Made by a program: the position numbers and the translations under genes
Notes under the pieces: generated by a model
What the model saw: the letters and a program-made list of their open reading frames with translations, nothing else
What the model was told of the DNA's origin: nothing
The model's database searches: none
Source of the DNA: a virus
Taxonomy: Duplodnaviria; Caudoviricetes
Virus record (IMG/VR): IMGVR_UViG_3300044825_002268
Location: 1-55,765 of that record
DNA length: 55,765 nt
Strand: one strand, 5' to 3'
Shown here: positions 18,049 through 27,167 of the stretch, piece by piece
How the letters are laid out: each line of letters begins with the position of its first letter
Numbering within the stretch: the first letter of the stretch is position 1

Positions 18049-18749
18049 ACAACCTTCCTCCCAGCAAAAACTCCCTCATTTGGACTGTCCCCATTAGGGT
18101 CTCCATCAAGCCACCGGGACTGGTTGATGTAGGTCATCGGAGCAGGCACAAACCCCTCCTTCCACTGCTGGGTCTGCTTCATCGCCCGGACATGGGTCAG
18201 GATCTGTTTGGCAACATCGTTTAACCCATGAGCCAGCCACTTGTCCCGACAACCGGTTTTGTTGATCTTTCGAGGTCCGGTAGGCCAAATCGACCAAAAC
18301 TCATCAAAAGGGGATATAGGGGTTTCTTTTATTGGTTCTTGGTTATTGGTTATGCCCCCCATCGGCTCGCCGCCGGTTGACGGCTGGTTAACCGCCGGTT
18401 CAGAGCCTTTACTGGCGCGGCTCTTAGAGTCTTTCTTTTTCCTGACAGACACGCTTTTTTTGGCGTTTTCGACGTTTTGTTTAACGAATCTTTGGTACTT
18501 TTTTATTTCATTTTCGCAACGCTCGTTAAACCATCCGTCAACCGTCCGTTCAAAGAACTCGTTTAGCACCGGCTCGATGACTTCCAAATCAAGCCTTACC
18601 CGCTTGGCAAGCGCACCCATATCCAAAGTCAGGGGCTTTTCAGTGATGTAGTAAAGGTCTAAAAGCCGCCTGTAGGCCAAGTCCTCGGCATCCGCTAGGT
18701 GCATGGTCCGGGTCAGGTAGTCTCCGATGTGGAATTTGTAGTAGTTCAC
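18045..18749 (-). CDS. Replication initiator, YdaU/DUF1376-like (lambda O analogue)
   Basis: GTG 18749 with GGAGG RBS; 'NYYKFHIGDY...HL...EDLAYRRLLDLYY.TE.PL'; C-terminal 'FDEFWSIWP...P.TYINQ.RW.D'. Confidence 0.85.
   Translation of the reverse strand: MNYYKFHIGDYLTRTMHLADAEDLAYRRLLDLYYITEKPLTLDMGALAKRVRLDLEVIEPVLNEFFERTVDGWFNERCENEIKKYQRFVKQNVENAKKSVSVRKKKDSKSRASKGSEPAVNQPSTGGEPMGGITNNQEPIKETPISPFDEFWSIWPTGPRKINKTGCRDKWLAHGLNDVAKQILTHVRAMKQTQQWKEGFVPAPMTYINQSRWLDGDPNGDSPNEGVFAGRKVV
18368..18550. promoter_or_regulatory. Putative replication origin: 11-bp iteron arrays flanking a T-rich tract
   Basis: cgccgccggtt gacggctggtt aaccgccggtt (18368-18400) and aacgctcgtta aaccatccgtc aaccgtccgtt (18518-18550) surround T-rich 18431-18514, inside the initiator gene. 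Confidence 0.6.
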
Positions 18750-18955
18750 TTGACCTCCCCGAATAGGTCTGGGCGAAGGTCTACCCGCTTTACACACCCC
18801 TCCGTAATCCGCTCGATCTCTAAGGCCAGCTCTGGACTGGGAACCTTGAACCCGTTTGTGATCTGCCCAAGCCATGTCCTGCTGATCCCCAAAGCCTTAG
18901 CCAGCTTGGCTTTAGAGCCATAGGGTTTAGTTGAAAAATACTCTTTTAAAGTCAT
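18746..18955 (-). CDS. Cro/YdaS-like HTH regulator
   Basis: 'MTLKEYF...SKAKLAKALGIS...LGQI..G...PSPELALEIE..T.G.V...DLRPD'. Confidence 0.88.
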   Translation of the reverse strand: MTLKEYFSTKPYGSKAKLAKALGISRTWLGQITNGFKVPSPELALEIERITEGCVKRVDLRPDLFGEVK

Positions 18956-18980
18956 CTCATCCCTTTCAGAAGATAACTGG

Positions 18981-19042
18981 ATGTTACACTCTTTTTCAGC
19001 CATTGCAAGAGGCTTGTATTTCCCAGTTAGATACTTTATGCT
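18981..19042. promoter_or_regulatory. Divergent sigma70-like promoters
   Basis: Minus: TTGCAA(19008-19003)-N16-TAACAT. Plus: TTGTAT(19014)-N17-TATGCT(19037-19042). Located at the strand switch. Confidence 0.55.
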
Positions 19043-19071
19043 TTAGGCTCCTTAAACACCGAAAGCGAACT

Positions 19072-19233
19072 ATGGAAGACGACAGAGCGATGTGGGAACA
19101 AGCGAATTTAGAGCTAATGCAAGAGACCGAGGATGCCCTGCATAGGGCAGAGGCAGGTCAGGCCAGTCAGGACGACTGGAAGCTGATTTGGGCCGCCTGC
19201 GGTCTTTCTAAACAAAAGGAAAGCGAAAAATGA
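19072..19233 (+). CDS. Hypothetical protein (53 aa)
   Basis: MEDDRAMWEQ...; the 18931 start in the ORF track overlaps the promoters and cro, so the start was shortened. Confidence 0.6.
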   Translation: MEDDRAMWEQANLELMQETEDALHRAEAGQASQDDWKLIWAACGLSKQKESEK

Positions 19234-19877
19234 GTCTAACAGTCAAAGCCGGTAATGAAAGCAGTTTCGCCCCCGTACCCCCGGGAATGCACTTGGCCCG
19301 TTGCTATCGAATTATCGATCTTGGAACTCAGAAGTCTGAGTACATGGGTCAAACCAGATACCTACCTAAGGTCATGATTCAGTTTGAGGTTCACGGTGAG
19401 GATGATCAAGGTAACCCCTTGGTGACCCCTAAGGGTGAGCCGATGGCGATCAGCAAGAACTACACGGCATCGCTATCTGAAAAAGCCACGCTTCGTGTGG
19501 ATCTTAAAAACTGGCGTGGCCGGGACTTTACTCCTGAGGAACTTAAGGGGTTTGAGCTTAAAAACATCCTTGATAAGTGGGCCATGATCACCGTGACCCG
19601 ATCACCCGGTAAAGATGGCAAGGAATACACCAACATCGGGGCGGTCATGCCGGTTCCGGCCAACATCAAAAAAGCTGGGCTACCGGCTGGATTCAACGAG
19701 CCTGTAATTTTTTCCATTGAAACCCCAGACATGGAGTTATTTCAGACTTTCAGTGACGGCATTAAAAACAAAATCATGGCCTCACCAGAGTGGCAAGAGC
19801 GTTCCGGTGGAGTTACAGAAGGCATTCCGTCAGCAATGAACAACATTGCAAAGCTCGATGACGACATTCCTTTTTGA
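19230..19877 (+). CDS. Putative single-stranded DNA-binding protein
   Basis: 'PVPPGMHLARCYRIIDLGTQ' family pattern; acidic SSB-type tail 'DDDIPF'. Confidence 0.75.
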   Translation: MSLTVKAGNESSFAPVPPGMHLARCYRIIDLGTQKSEYMGQTRYLPKVMIQFEVHGEDDQGNPLVTPKGEPMAISKNYTASLSEKATLRVDLKNWRGRDFTPEELKGFELKNILDKWAMITVTRSPGKDGKEYTNIGAVMPVPANIKKAGLPAGFNEPVIFSIETPDMELFQTFSDGIKNKIMASPEWQERSGGVTEGIPSAMNNIAKLDDDIPF

Positions 19878-20368
19878 TGGACATAAAGACTGAACGTGGG
19901 CAGCAAACCCTTCGGGATGAACAAGACGCTGCGCTTATTTGGGAAAGAAACTTCCCGGCGTATCAATATGTTCAAACCCCGAAGGACCAGCCCGCTTTGG
20001 TCGATGCCATGCTGGTCAAGGATAAGGTCATTATGTATTGCGTAGAAACTAAGTGTCGATACGACATGACCTTAAACGATCTGTTTACCCATCGAAACGG
20101 TGAATGGCTCGTGACCTACGAAAAGATTTTAAAGGCCAAACAGATTGCTTTAGGGCTTGGTGTTCCTCTGATTGGCTTTCTTTATTTGGTGTCAGATAAG
20201 ATTTTGCTGACCCAAAAACTTACCGACGCCTTAGGTAACTTTGTTTGCAAGATGCGCACCGAAGACACCGAAACTCAGAGAACGGTAAACGGCGGGGTAA
20301 TTACAAGAAAAAACGCTTTTATCGATATGGATGAGGCAAAAATTCTAATGAATAAGACGAAGGATTAA
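19874..20368 (+). CDS. PD-(D/E)xK nuclease-like protein
   Basis: 'VDAML...CVETKCR'. Confidence 0.6.
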   Translation: MMDIKTERGQQTLRDEQDAALIWERNFPAYQYVQTPKDQPALVDAMLVKDKVIMYCVETKCRYDMTLNDLFTHRNGEWLVTYEKILKAKQIALGLGVPLIGFLYLVSDKILLTQKLTDALGNFVCKMRTEDTETQRTVNGGVITRKNAFIDMDEAKILMNKTKD

Positions 20369-20372
20369 GCGC

Positions 20373-21014
20373 ATGACATTTGTTTGCCCTTTGCCACCAA
20401 TTAAGGTTTTGGTTCGCCCTGAGTATCTTTATGACTTTCAGTGTGAACCCGACGCTCCCTTAATCAAAGGCATCTGGGTCAGTGTTAAGGCTATTCGTGG
20501 CGAGGCGTTCAGGTTTGAGACTTACCTGCCAGAATACGGCGCTTTGTACGACAAGCTACCCATTCACGCCTTCAATCATCTTGACTTTAAAGAAGAGGGC
20601 GAAGACTTGCCGCTCGATGTTCTTCAGATTTGGGATGCTTTGAGTTATTACGTCACCGTGGTTGATAAGCCTTTCCTCAAGGGACTACGAGCTGAGTTTT
20701 TTGGCAAGGATCGCAAGACTCATAAGGGGGAATATATGTTCACCTTGGACACTTGTAACCCAGACCCACGGATTCCAGACTTCACCTTATCGGAAACCGC
20801 TGATGAGCATAAGAGCTACAACCTCTTGAAGCTCGACAATGGCCAGTTTGCTTTGCAGCCCAATAACCGCTGCCGCTTCTTTGAACCAGCTTTCAATCCG
20901 GAACAACTGAAGCATCCCGACTTCAAGGTGGCAACCAAAAAGTATCGGGTAGAGCAGGCTGCCAAGTGGCGACTGGGGGATACCACCACATTTACTTACG
21001 AGACAGGAGACTGA
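20373..21014 (+). CDS. Conserved phage protein of unknown function
   Basis: 213 aa; 'GALYDKLPIHAF', 'YMFTLD', 'EHKS...LDNGQFALQPNNR'. Confidence 0.75.
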   Translation: MTFVCPLPPIKVLVRPEYLYDFQCEPDAPLIKGIWVSVKAIRGEAFRFETYLPEYGALYDKLPIHAFNHLDFKEEGEDLPLDVLQIWDALSYYVTVVDKPFLKGLRAEFFGKDRKTHKGEYMFTLDTCNPDPRIPDFTLSETADEHKSYNLLKLDNGQFALQPNNRCRFFEPAFNPEQLKHPDFKVATKKYRVEQAAKWRLGDTTTFTYETGD

Positions 21015-21015
21015 A

Positions 21016-21795
21016 GTGGCGGAGCTTATTGTTTCATCATTTAAATCAGAGGCTGGGCACTGGTACACCCGGGACGGAGAGCCAGCTTACACAACGGTCG
21101 GCAGCAACAAAAAAGAGCGACCTACAACCCTGCGGGATGCTAGAAAACTAAGCCTTGTCCCATCGGTCACTACAATCCTAAATGTAATGGCCAAGCCGGG
21201 ACTTGAGAACTGGAAGCTCCAGCAAGTATTGCTTGCCGCCCTAACCCTTCCCCGCTGGGATCAAGAGGCCGAAGGTGCTTACATCGACCGGATCATTGCC
21301 GACTCAAAAGAGCAGGGCAAAGCCGCAGCCGAGGTTGGCACTGACATCCATGCAGCCATTCAAACGCATTACGAGGGTAAAACCCCAGCCGCTTACCAAA
21401 ACTATGTCGACGGATGTACTAAGGCTATATTGGCACACTTCAATGACTGGGAGTGGATTGCGGAGAGAGCCTTTGCCCATGAGCTGGGATTCGGCGGAAA
21501 GTGTGACCTCCATGTACCTGCGTCTGATAAACACGCCGGTTTGGTGGTGGACATTAAGACCAAAGAGTTTACTGACCCGGACAAAGTCGAAGGCTTTGAT
21601 GACCACCTTATGCAGTTGGCCGCCTACCGGGTGGGTCTTGGCTGTCCAACGGCTCGATGCGCTAACGTCTTCGTATCACGGAATGTTCCGGGTCTAACCA
21701 AGATCATTGAATGGTCAGAAGAGGATTTAGAGCGAGGCTGGAAGATGTTCATCCGCCTTTTAGAATTTTGGCAACTGAAGAATAACCACAAATGA
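21016..21795 (+). CDS. PD-(D/E)xK exonuclease (Cas4/RecB-like fold)
   Basis: 'PSVTTIL', 'GTDIH', 'E.......GFGGKCD', 'VVDIKT', 'QLAAY'. Confidence 0.85.
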   Translation: MAELIVSSFKSEAGHWYTRDGEPAYTTVGSNKKERPTTLRDARKLSLVPSVTTILNVMAKPGLENWKLQQVLLAALTLPRWDQEAEGAYIDRIIADSKEQGKAAAEVGTDIHAAIQTHYEGKTPAAYQNYVDGCTKAILAHFNDWEWIAERAFAHELGFGGKCDLHVPASDKHAGLVVDIKTKEFTDPDKVEGFDDHLMQLAAYRVGLGCPTARCANVFVSRNVPGLTKIIEWSEEDLERGWKMFIRLLEFWQLKNNHK

Positions 21796-22004
21796 AAACA
21801 ATAACCGCATTTCAAACGTCTGATGGCAAAGTATTTACATCTGATGTCGATGCCAAAAGACATGAGAAGTTTCTTGAGCATAGGGACGTTGTAGAAGAGT
21901 TTTTAAAAAGCGACCTAAACAAATATCAGTCCGCTGTTCAGAAAAACATTGCGAGAAACACTATTACCTATTGGGAAATATGGAAGACCCAAAATTCTAA
22001 ATAA
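21792..22004 (+). CDS. Hypothetical protein
   Basis: 'AFQTSDGKVF....A..HE'; ATGA overlap. Confidence 0.7.
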   Translation: MKTITAFQTSDGKVFTSDVDAKRHEKFLEHRDVVEEFLKSDLNKYQSAVQKNIARNTITYWEIWKTQNSK

Positions 22005-22016
22005 ATTGAGGAAACC

Positions 22017-22196
22017 ATGACTACATATTCAATTGATTTGGTAAAAATTCCTAAAGACGTTTATGGAATATCAGAGGCAATCATTGATGATGAAACCGGA
22101 GAGACTGTATTCGTTGTTGGGGAAAACAGGGCGCTCGCAGAGCGATTGGTTGAATTTATGAACAGAATGGAACGATTAGAAAATGCTGACAAATGA
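22017..22196 (+). CDS. Hypothetical 59-aa protein (not in ORF track)
   Basis: MTTYSIDLVK...LENADK; GAGGA RBS. Confidence 0.6.
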   Translation: MTTYSIDLVKIPKDVYGISEAIIDDETGETVFVVGENRALAERLVEFMNRMERLENADK

Positions 22197-22335
22197 AGAC
22201 ATCAAGCAGGTTTTCTTTTACTGCGAAAACAAAGACCCGAATGGTTTTTACGCCAACGATGTAGACATCATTGAGTTCGCTAGGAAACTTGAGGCGTTAA
22301 TTCTTGCCGATGTGGCAAAAAAAGCCCCCGAGTAG
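22183..22335 (+). CDS. Hypothetical 50-aa protein (not in ORF track)
   Basis: MLTNEDIKQVFF...IEFARKLEA...; the 'LT.E.I...FAR.IE' pattern is common in small phage proteins. Confidence 0.55.
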   Translation: MLTNEDIKQVFFYCENKDPNGFYANDVDIIEFARKLEALILADVAKKAPE

Positions 22336-22340
22336 GGGGC
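22317..22340 (-). terminator. Rho-independent terminator at the convergence of late and early operons
   Basis: GCCCCC-N5-GGGGGC stem with a 7-nt A-run on the left (U-tract on the minus strand). Confidence 0.75.
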
Positions 22341-22393
22341 AAAAGAGGGTGTGGCAGGAGTGTTAAGGCCACGAATCCCCCTGAGGAGACAAT

Positions 22394-24199
22394 TTAATCA
22401 GTTGGTAGACCCATCGCTTCCTTGCGACGACGCATATCTTCAGCGAAGGTTGTTAGAGCGCCAACTGGAGCACCAGCAGCGGTTCCTAAAGCTCCGCCGG
22501 GAAGTCTAGAAATAATATTGGCTGCAGTCACACCGGGACCGCTATAAGCCCCTCGAAGCGCTGTTATAAGAGCCGGCACAGCCAATGACATCTCTGGCGA
22601 TATAAAGGCTTGTGCGGCTGGAATTTGAGATCCAACGGCTGGTACCGCACCGACCGTAGTTCCTAGGGCCCGAGTTCCGGGTCCACCCTCTGGCTGAACA
22701 ACACGCTTACCCATTACGTTTACAGCCGCATCCGCAAAATCACGGATTGGAACATCAACCCCCGTCATGTTTTTAGATGCCCGACGAAGCATTCCCGGGG
22801 TAATTACCCCATTTATCGCCTCTGCATATTTCGTTGCTCGGTCATAGGGCAAACTATTTTTAAATGCAGTATGAATTTGATTTAATTCGGTAGCTACATC
22901 TGGATTAGCGTCCCTTAGTTGCTGACGCATAAATTCTTGAAACTTAAAGATTCCAGATCCTGTGGTTCGGTCAACGGCGTCTTTTGAGGAAATATAATCC
23001 ATGGCTTTGCTGCCAAGTGAGCTTTCCATTTCTCTAAAATTCTTACCAGCGATGTTATTTCCAGTTACAGCGTTTCCTAGTGTTTGATTGATTTCGTTGC
23101 GAAACATCTTTGCAGCTTTTTTTGACATTCCAGAGGCCAACTGATCAATCTGTTGTTGAATCACAGCTTTTTCTGTTGGAGTAAATGGCAACGAAATTTG
23201 ATCGGCAATTGATTTGTATCGATCTGTAATTGTGTCTTTTACAAACTTATTTAATTCATAGCCGGGTTTGAGATTTGCAGGAATATCTACTTTCAGCGGA
23301 TCAAGAACGGTCTTGGCAGCACCGTAATTAAATGAGTCTAATGCCCTACGCTCTGCTTTGACCACAGGACCAGAAACAAACGGCAAAAATCTTTGACCAA
23401 GACTTTCGGCACTTTTCATAAATTGACTTAACATTCCCGGCGTTAAGTCTGTAACGCCAGCTTGTCTTAGGCGTTGTAATTCAGAAGTAGCTGGAGCGCC
23501 CAAGAAGGTGCCTAATGTGCCCCCTGTTAAAGCACCCAAACCAGTTTGCAAACCTTTCTCTTTTGCAAACTCTTCCCCATAAACACCGGGGGTTACCGGT
23601 TGCAATCCTGCCGCGCCAGCACCACCAATTGTTCCAGTAACCGCACTTGCAGTTCTTGGCAAATTCGGAAGGGCGCGACTAGTGACATCATAGATTTTCT
23701 TGCCCACACCTGCTGGACCAACTAATCCACCGATAAATTCTGCTGGGCGCGTAGTTGCATACGATAATGGACCAGCAACTTTATTGATGTTTTCCTGCAT
23801 TACATCTACTTCTTGAATCAATCGGTCTACAGCCGATAGATCACGCTTTGGTTTATCTGCAAACAAAATATCTTGAAGAGTTTGTGATGGTTTTTCTTCA
23901 AAAATTTTTGAAATTAGTTGAGCGCCACCAAGGATTGGTCTGGCAGCACTTGTTACTAACTGCAGAGGCATCAATGCCGCACCCGTTACTGCTTGTTGGG
24001 CTATTTTTGCGGGTCCAGTCAAAGGCTCAGTTGTGCGCTCTAAAAGCGTTGGATCTCCAAAAATTGGATCTATAACCGAACCTCGGACATCCGCTACCGA
24101 TGGTTTACCCACCGTAGCACCGCGTGGAAGTTCTGGCATACCAGACGGCCTTAATGAGGCCCCCGGCGGAAGTGGTGGCAAATTTTCTAAATCATTCAT
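22394..24199 (-). CDS. Putative ejection (internal virion) protein
   Basis: 601 aa, A/G-rich hydrophobic helices, N-terminal 'LPPLPPGA..' repeats; last gene of the late operon. Confidence 0.65.
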   Translation of the reverse strand: MNDLENLPPLPPGASLRPSGMPELPRGATVGKPSVADVRGSVIDPIFGDPTLLERTTEPLTGPAKIAQQAVTGAALMPLQLVTSAARPILGGAQLISKIFEEKPSQTLQDILFADKPKRDLSAVDRLIQEVDVMQENINKVAGPLSYATTRPAEFIGGLVGPAGVGKKIYDVTSRALPNLPRTASAVTGTIGGAGAAGLQPVTPGVYGEEFAKEKGLQTGLGALTGGTLGTFLGAPATSELQRLRQAGVTDLTPGMLSQFMKSAESLGQRFLPFVSGPVVKAERRALDSFNYGAAKTVLDPLKVDIPANLKPGYELNKFVKDTITDRYKSIADQISLPFTPTEKAVIQQQIDQLASGMSKKAAKMFRNEINQTLGNAVTGNNIAGKNFREMESSLGSKAMDYISSKDAVDRTTGSGIFKFQEFMRQQLRDANPDVATELNQIHTAFKNSLPYDRATKYAEAINGVITPGMLRRASKNMTGVDVPIRDFADAAVNVMGKRVVQPEGGPGTRALGTTVGAVPAVGSQIPAAQAFISPEMSLAVPALITALRGAYSGPGVTAANIISRLPGGALGTAAGAPVGALTTFAEDMRRRKEAMGLPTD

Positions 24200-27165
24200 T
24201 TTACGGGCGTCCCATCGTCTTTATATACCCAGCCAGTATTGGCGTCATTAGGAATGATTTCTCTGTTACCTAAATAAACCGGTGGTCGTGCTGATGGTGT
24301 TGGACGGCCTTCTGGTCTAGCCCCACCAAGTCGTGACTCAAACCGTTTAAGTTCAGGTTCAAATAAGAGTGGTGATTGCCTACGATTCCACGCATCAAAT
24401 GTTTTTTCAGCAGTAATTCCTACACCAGCGTGTTGGGAAATATATTCATATCGAGCAATATCTCGTAATGCCGCAGCTCGCCTCATATAAGTTGCAAATA
24501 AGATCAGTTCTTTTGGATCTGAAATATTTGGTAATGACTGTTCTAAGAACCGACGCTCTCCTTCGGTTGGCATTCCACCAAATGCAGCTCTAATTTCTTT
24601 TGCCACCATGTCTTTAGTAGTTTTATCTACAACACCGGTTGCAATCATTCGCTTATATTGTTGAGGATTGCTAAATCCTAAAGCGTCAATCAATCGATCA
24701 TAAATTTGAATAGGCGCGGCTAAAATCCCGCCTTGTATATCTTTTGTTGCTTCAATTACGGTATTGAAATTAGCAAGATTTTGATTTGCCGCTTCATACC
24801 GGGCACGGGATTTTTGCAAAATTCCATCTTTGCCATATACAAATTCACGTTCCTGACGAATTTGATCTTCCATAGCCTTTAAGGCTTCTGGGCTTCCCGG
24901 TTCAAATCCAGACGGAGCTTTTACAACCGGCGGAGCTGCTGGTAGAGGAACTTTAAATCCATCAGCAGTTGTAAACATTTCAACGTCCCTTGGAGCACCA
25001 CTAGAAACTCTGGGCGCTCCGCTAGGTGCGCCACCAGAAGTTGTTGGCGCTGTGCCAGTAGGCGCTACAGAACCCGAGGGTGTTGCCCCGGGAAGAATTG
25101 TTGGAATTAGTTTTTTAATTTCCGCTAATGCGTTTGATTGAACTGTTCCAGTTGGAGTTCTAATATCAATTGGCTTGATTGCCTCAGTTAGATATTTTGT
25201 TGCAATACCCTGTTTAACAACAGCAGATGTATTTGGGTCTTGCAGTAAAGTTAGGTCTTTAACAATATCTGTTGGCTCCGAGTATTTAATTCGAGCTTTG
25301 GCAATATCTCCAAGAACTGTTTTTGCGTCCCCGCCAGATGAAGCAAGCATCAGCTTTGTGGTTGTTGGGTCTGGTAACCAACCGCCGTCAGTTCCTACCC
25401 GTGGACCGGTTGTAGACGGTGCAGCCTCACCAGAAGGGGTTGTTGATGGTTTTATTAAATCACCACCATACAATTGATTTAGCGCTTTCATTGCCTCTTC
25501 GTTTTGAGACAATGTGTATCTTTGACCAGCAATCGTTGCTCTAGCTTGAGCTAATGGTAATGCAGCTTCCGATGCTTTTTCTAATTTGGCACCAATTACG
25601 CCTGATGCCCGTCCTAACGCCTCACCTGCACCTCCGGTCTTACCCGGATCTAATAAAGCGCCAGCAACTTGAAACCAATTTGGTTCACCTGATGCCTTTT
25701 TTTCTAAAGTTTCTAAAATTTTTGTGACTTCATCAAAATAGTCTTGTTGAGCCTGACCGCTCATACCAAGACCCGATGGCATCGACGGAACAACCGACCC
25801 GGCGGTGGCGTATCCGCGCACATCACCGCCGTGGCGATACTTTTTTACTGCACCACCATCTCTAAACAAAATATTTGACAAATCTTCTTCAGAAAATGGA
25901 AGTCCAGCGCTTCCTGATGACCCAGAGGTTGCCCAATTTAACCAATCTTGATCAGTTAAATTTCCGCCACTTGATTTATCACCAAAAAATTTACCTAACC
26001 ATCCGCCAATCTTGTTAGCGGCAGAGGAGCCAAATTTAGTTTGACCAAGACCACCGAGAAGGGCGGCGATACCAGCGATCTGCTGAAGCGGAGAAGCCGC
26101 ATACGCACCCGGAATCGGGCCGGTGTATTGGGTTGAAACACTGGTCGGAACGGCGTATCCACGCAGGACTGCCGCCTGATTGGCCAACTGCTGCAGCGGG
26201 AAAAGTTCCTTGTTCTGCTGGATGGCTTGTTGCTGCGCACCAAGGGTTGCAAGGGCATTGATATCCGCAATGTTCATGCCCTGACCGGCTTGGGCAAGAG
26301 CGCCTAACTGTTGGCCAGCGGTCAACTGACGGGATAGATCCCCTTGCGCGGCCGCTAGGGCTTGCGTATAGCCCGACTGTAGGGCTTGGGCCTGCTGACC
26401 AAGGATGTTTTGCTGAACGTCCCTAAGAGTCTGTCCTAGGGCTTCTGCGCCCCTTTTAGAGCCGAACTGCCCAGCCCCGACAAGTCCGGAGGTAACTCCG
26501 GGGGCGATATTTTGCTCAATCTGACGCTGACCTAGTTCCCCGATGCGTTTAACCACATCCTGAACATAGGGGTTCATGTAAGCGCCTACATTTTCATAAG
26601 CCTTTGCACCACCTGCGGTCTCAGCGAACCCTGCACCTTTTTGGAGCATCGGAGCATATTGACCAGCCGCCTGACCGGTCAGATCAAAAGCGCGTTGCTG
26701 AAGGGGAGATGCGCCGACATATTGAGCGCCTTGAGCGGCCTGAGCGCTCTTTTGGGCAAGCCCGGACAAATAATCCATGTACCAAGACGGGGCAGAGGTT
26801 GCCTGCGTCTGGGTGGTCGTAATGTTCGGAAGCGGCGCACCCTGAGTAAAACTCCCCCCGGTTTGAGTCGGGGTCGTTGTGGGCGTAGTTACCGTTGTTA
26901 CCGGGGTCGTAGTTGACGGCGTTGTTGGTTTTACTGGTGTGGTTGGTGTGGTTGGGGTTGTCGTTGGCGTTCCTGCTGAGAAAAATGGCTGAACAGCGCT
27001 CAGAGGAACTTCGCTTGGAAATCCAAATAATGCAGGGTTGGTATTGATGTAATTTGTTACATCCTGAGGGCTATAACCTTGACTCTGCGCAAGAGAAGCC
27101 GCACCGGCATAATCGCCGGACTGCATTAAATTTTGGAATTGAGATAACTGCTCTTGTGTAGCCAT
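24196..27165 (-). CDS. Putative ejection protein, apparent two-module fusion
   Basis: 989 aa. Q/A/G-rich N-half ('YMNPY', 'GQFGSKR') with a Pro/Thr linker and an internal FRDGG/YRHGG/YATAG cluster. Confidence 0.7.
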   Translation of the reverse strand: MATQEQLSQFQNLMQSGDYAGAASLAQSQGYSPQDVTNYINTNPALFGFPSEVPLSAVQPFFSAGTPTTTPTTPTTPVKPTTPSTTTPVTTVTTPTTTPTQTGGSFTQGAPLPNITTTQTQATSAPSWYMDYLSGLAQKSAQAAQGAQYVGASPLQQRAFDLTGQAAGQYAPMLQKGAGFAETAGGAKAYENVGAYMNPYVQDVVKRIGELGQRQIEQNIAPGVTSGLVGAGQFGSKRGAEALGQTLRDVQQNILGQQAQALQSGYTQALAAAQGDLSRQLTAGQQLGALAQAGQGMNIADINALATLGAQQQAIQQNKELFPLQQLANQAAVLRGYAVPTSVSTQYTGPIPGAYAASPLQQIAGIAALLGGLGQTKFGSSAANKIGGWLGKFFGDKSSGGNLTDQDWLNWATSGSSGSAGLPFSEEDLSNILFRDGGAVKKYRHGGDVRGYATAGSVVPSMPSGLGMSGQAQQDYFDEVTKILETLEKKASGEPNWFQVAGALLDPGKTGGAGEALGRASGVIGAKLEKASEAALPLAQARATIAGQRYTLSQNEEAMKALNQLYGGDLIKPSTTPSGEAAPSTTGPRVGTDGGWLPDPTTTKLMLASSGGDAKTVLGDIAKARIKYSEPTDIVKDLTLLQDPNTSAVVKQGIATKYLTEAIKPIDIRTPTGTVQSNALAEIKKLIPTILPGATPSGSVAPTGTAPTTSGGAPSGAPRVSSGAPRDVEMFTTADGFKVPLPAAPPVVKAPSGFEPGSPEALKAMEDQIRQEREFVYGKDGILQKSRARYEAANQNLANFNTVIEATKDIQGGILAAPIQIYDRLIDALGFSNPQQYKRMIATGVVDKTTKDMVAKEIRAAFGGMPTEGERRFLEQSLPNISDPKELILFATYMRRAAALRDIARYEYISQHAGVGITAEKTFDAWNRRQSPLLFEPELKRFESRLGGARPEGRPTPSARPPVYLGNREIIPNDANTGWVYKDDGTPVK

Positions 27166-27167
27166 AT

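Noticed and set aside
18750-19071. Extended starts in the ORF track for the initiator (18875), cro (19003) and first rightward gene (18931)
   Set aside because: They overlap each other and the divergent promoters. Downstream starts have better RBS or family-typical N-termini.
21016-21795. Cas4 as part of a CRISPR system
   Set aside because: A stand-alone phage PD-(D/E)xK exonuclease with no Fe-S Cys cluster pattern, array or other cas genes.
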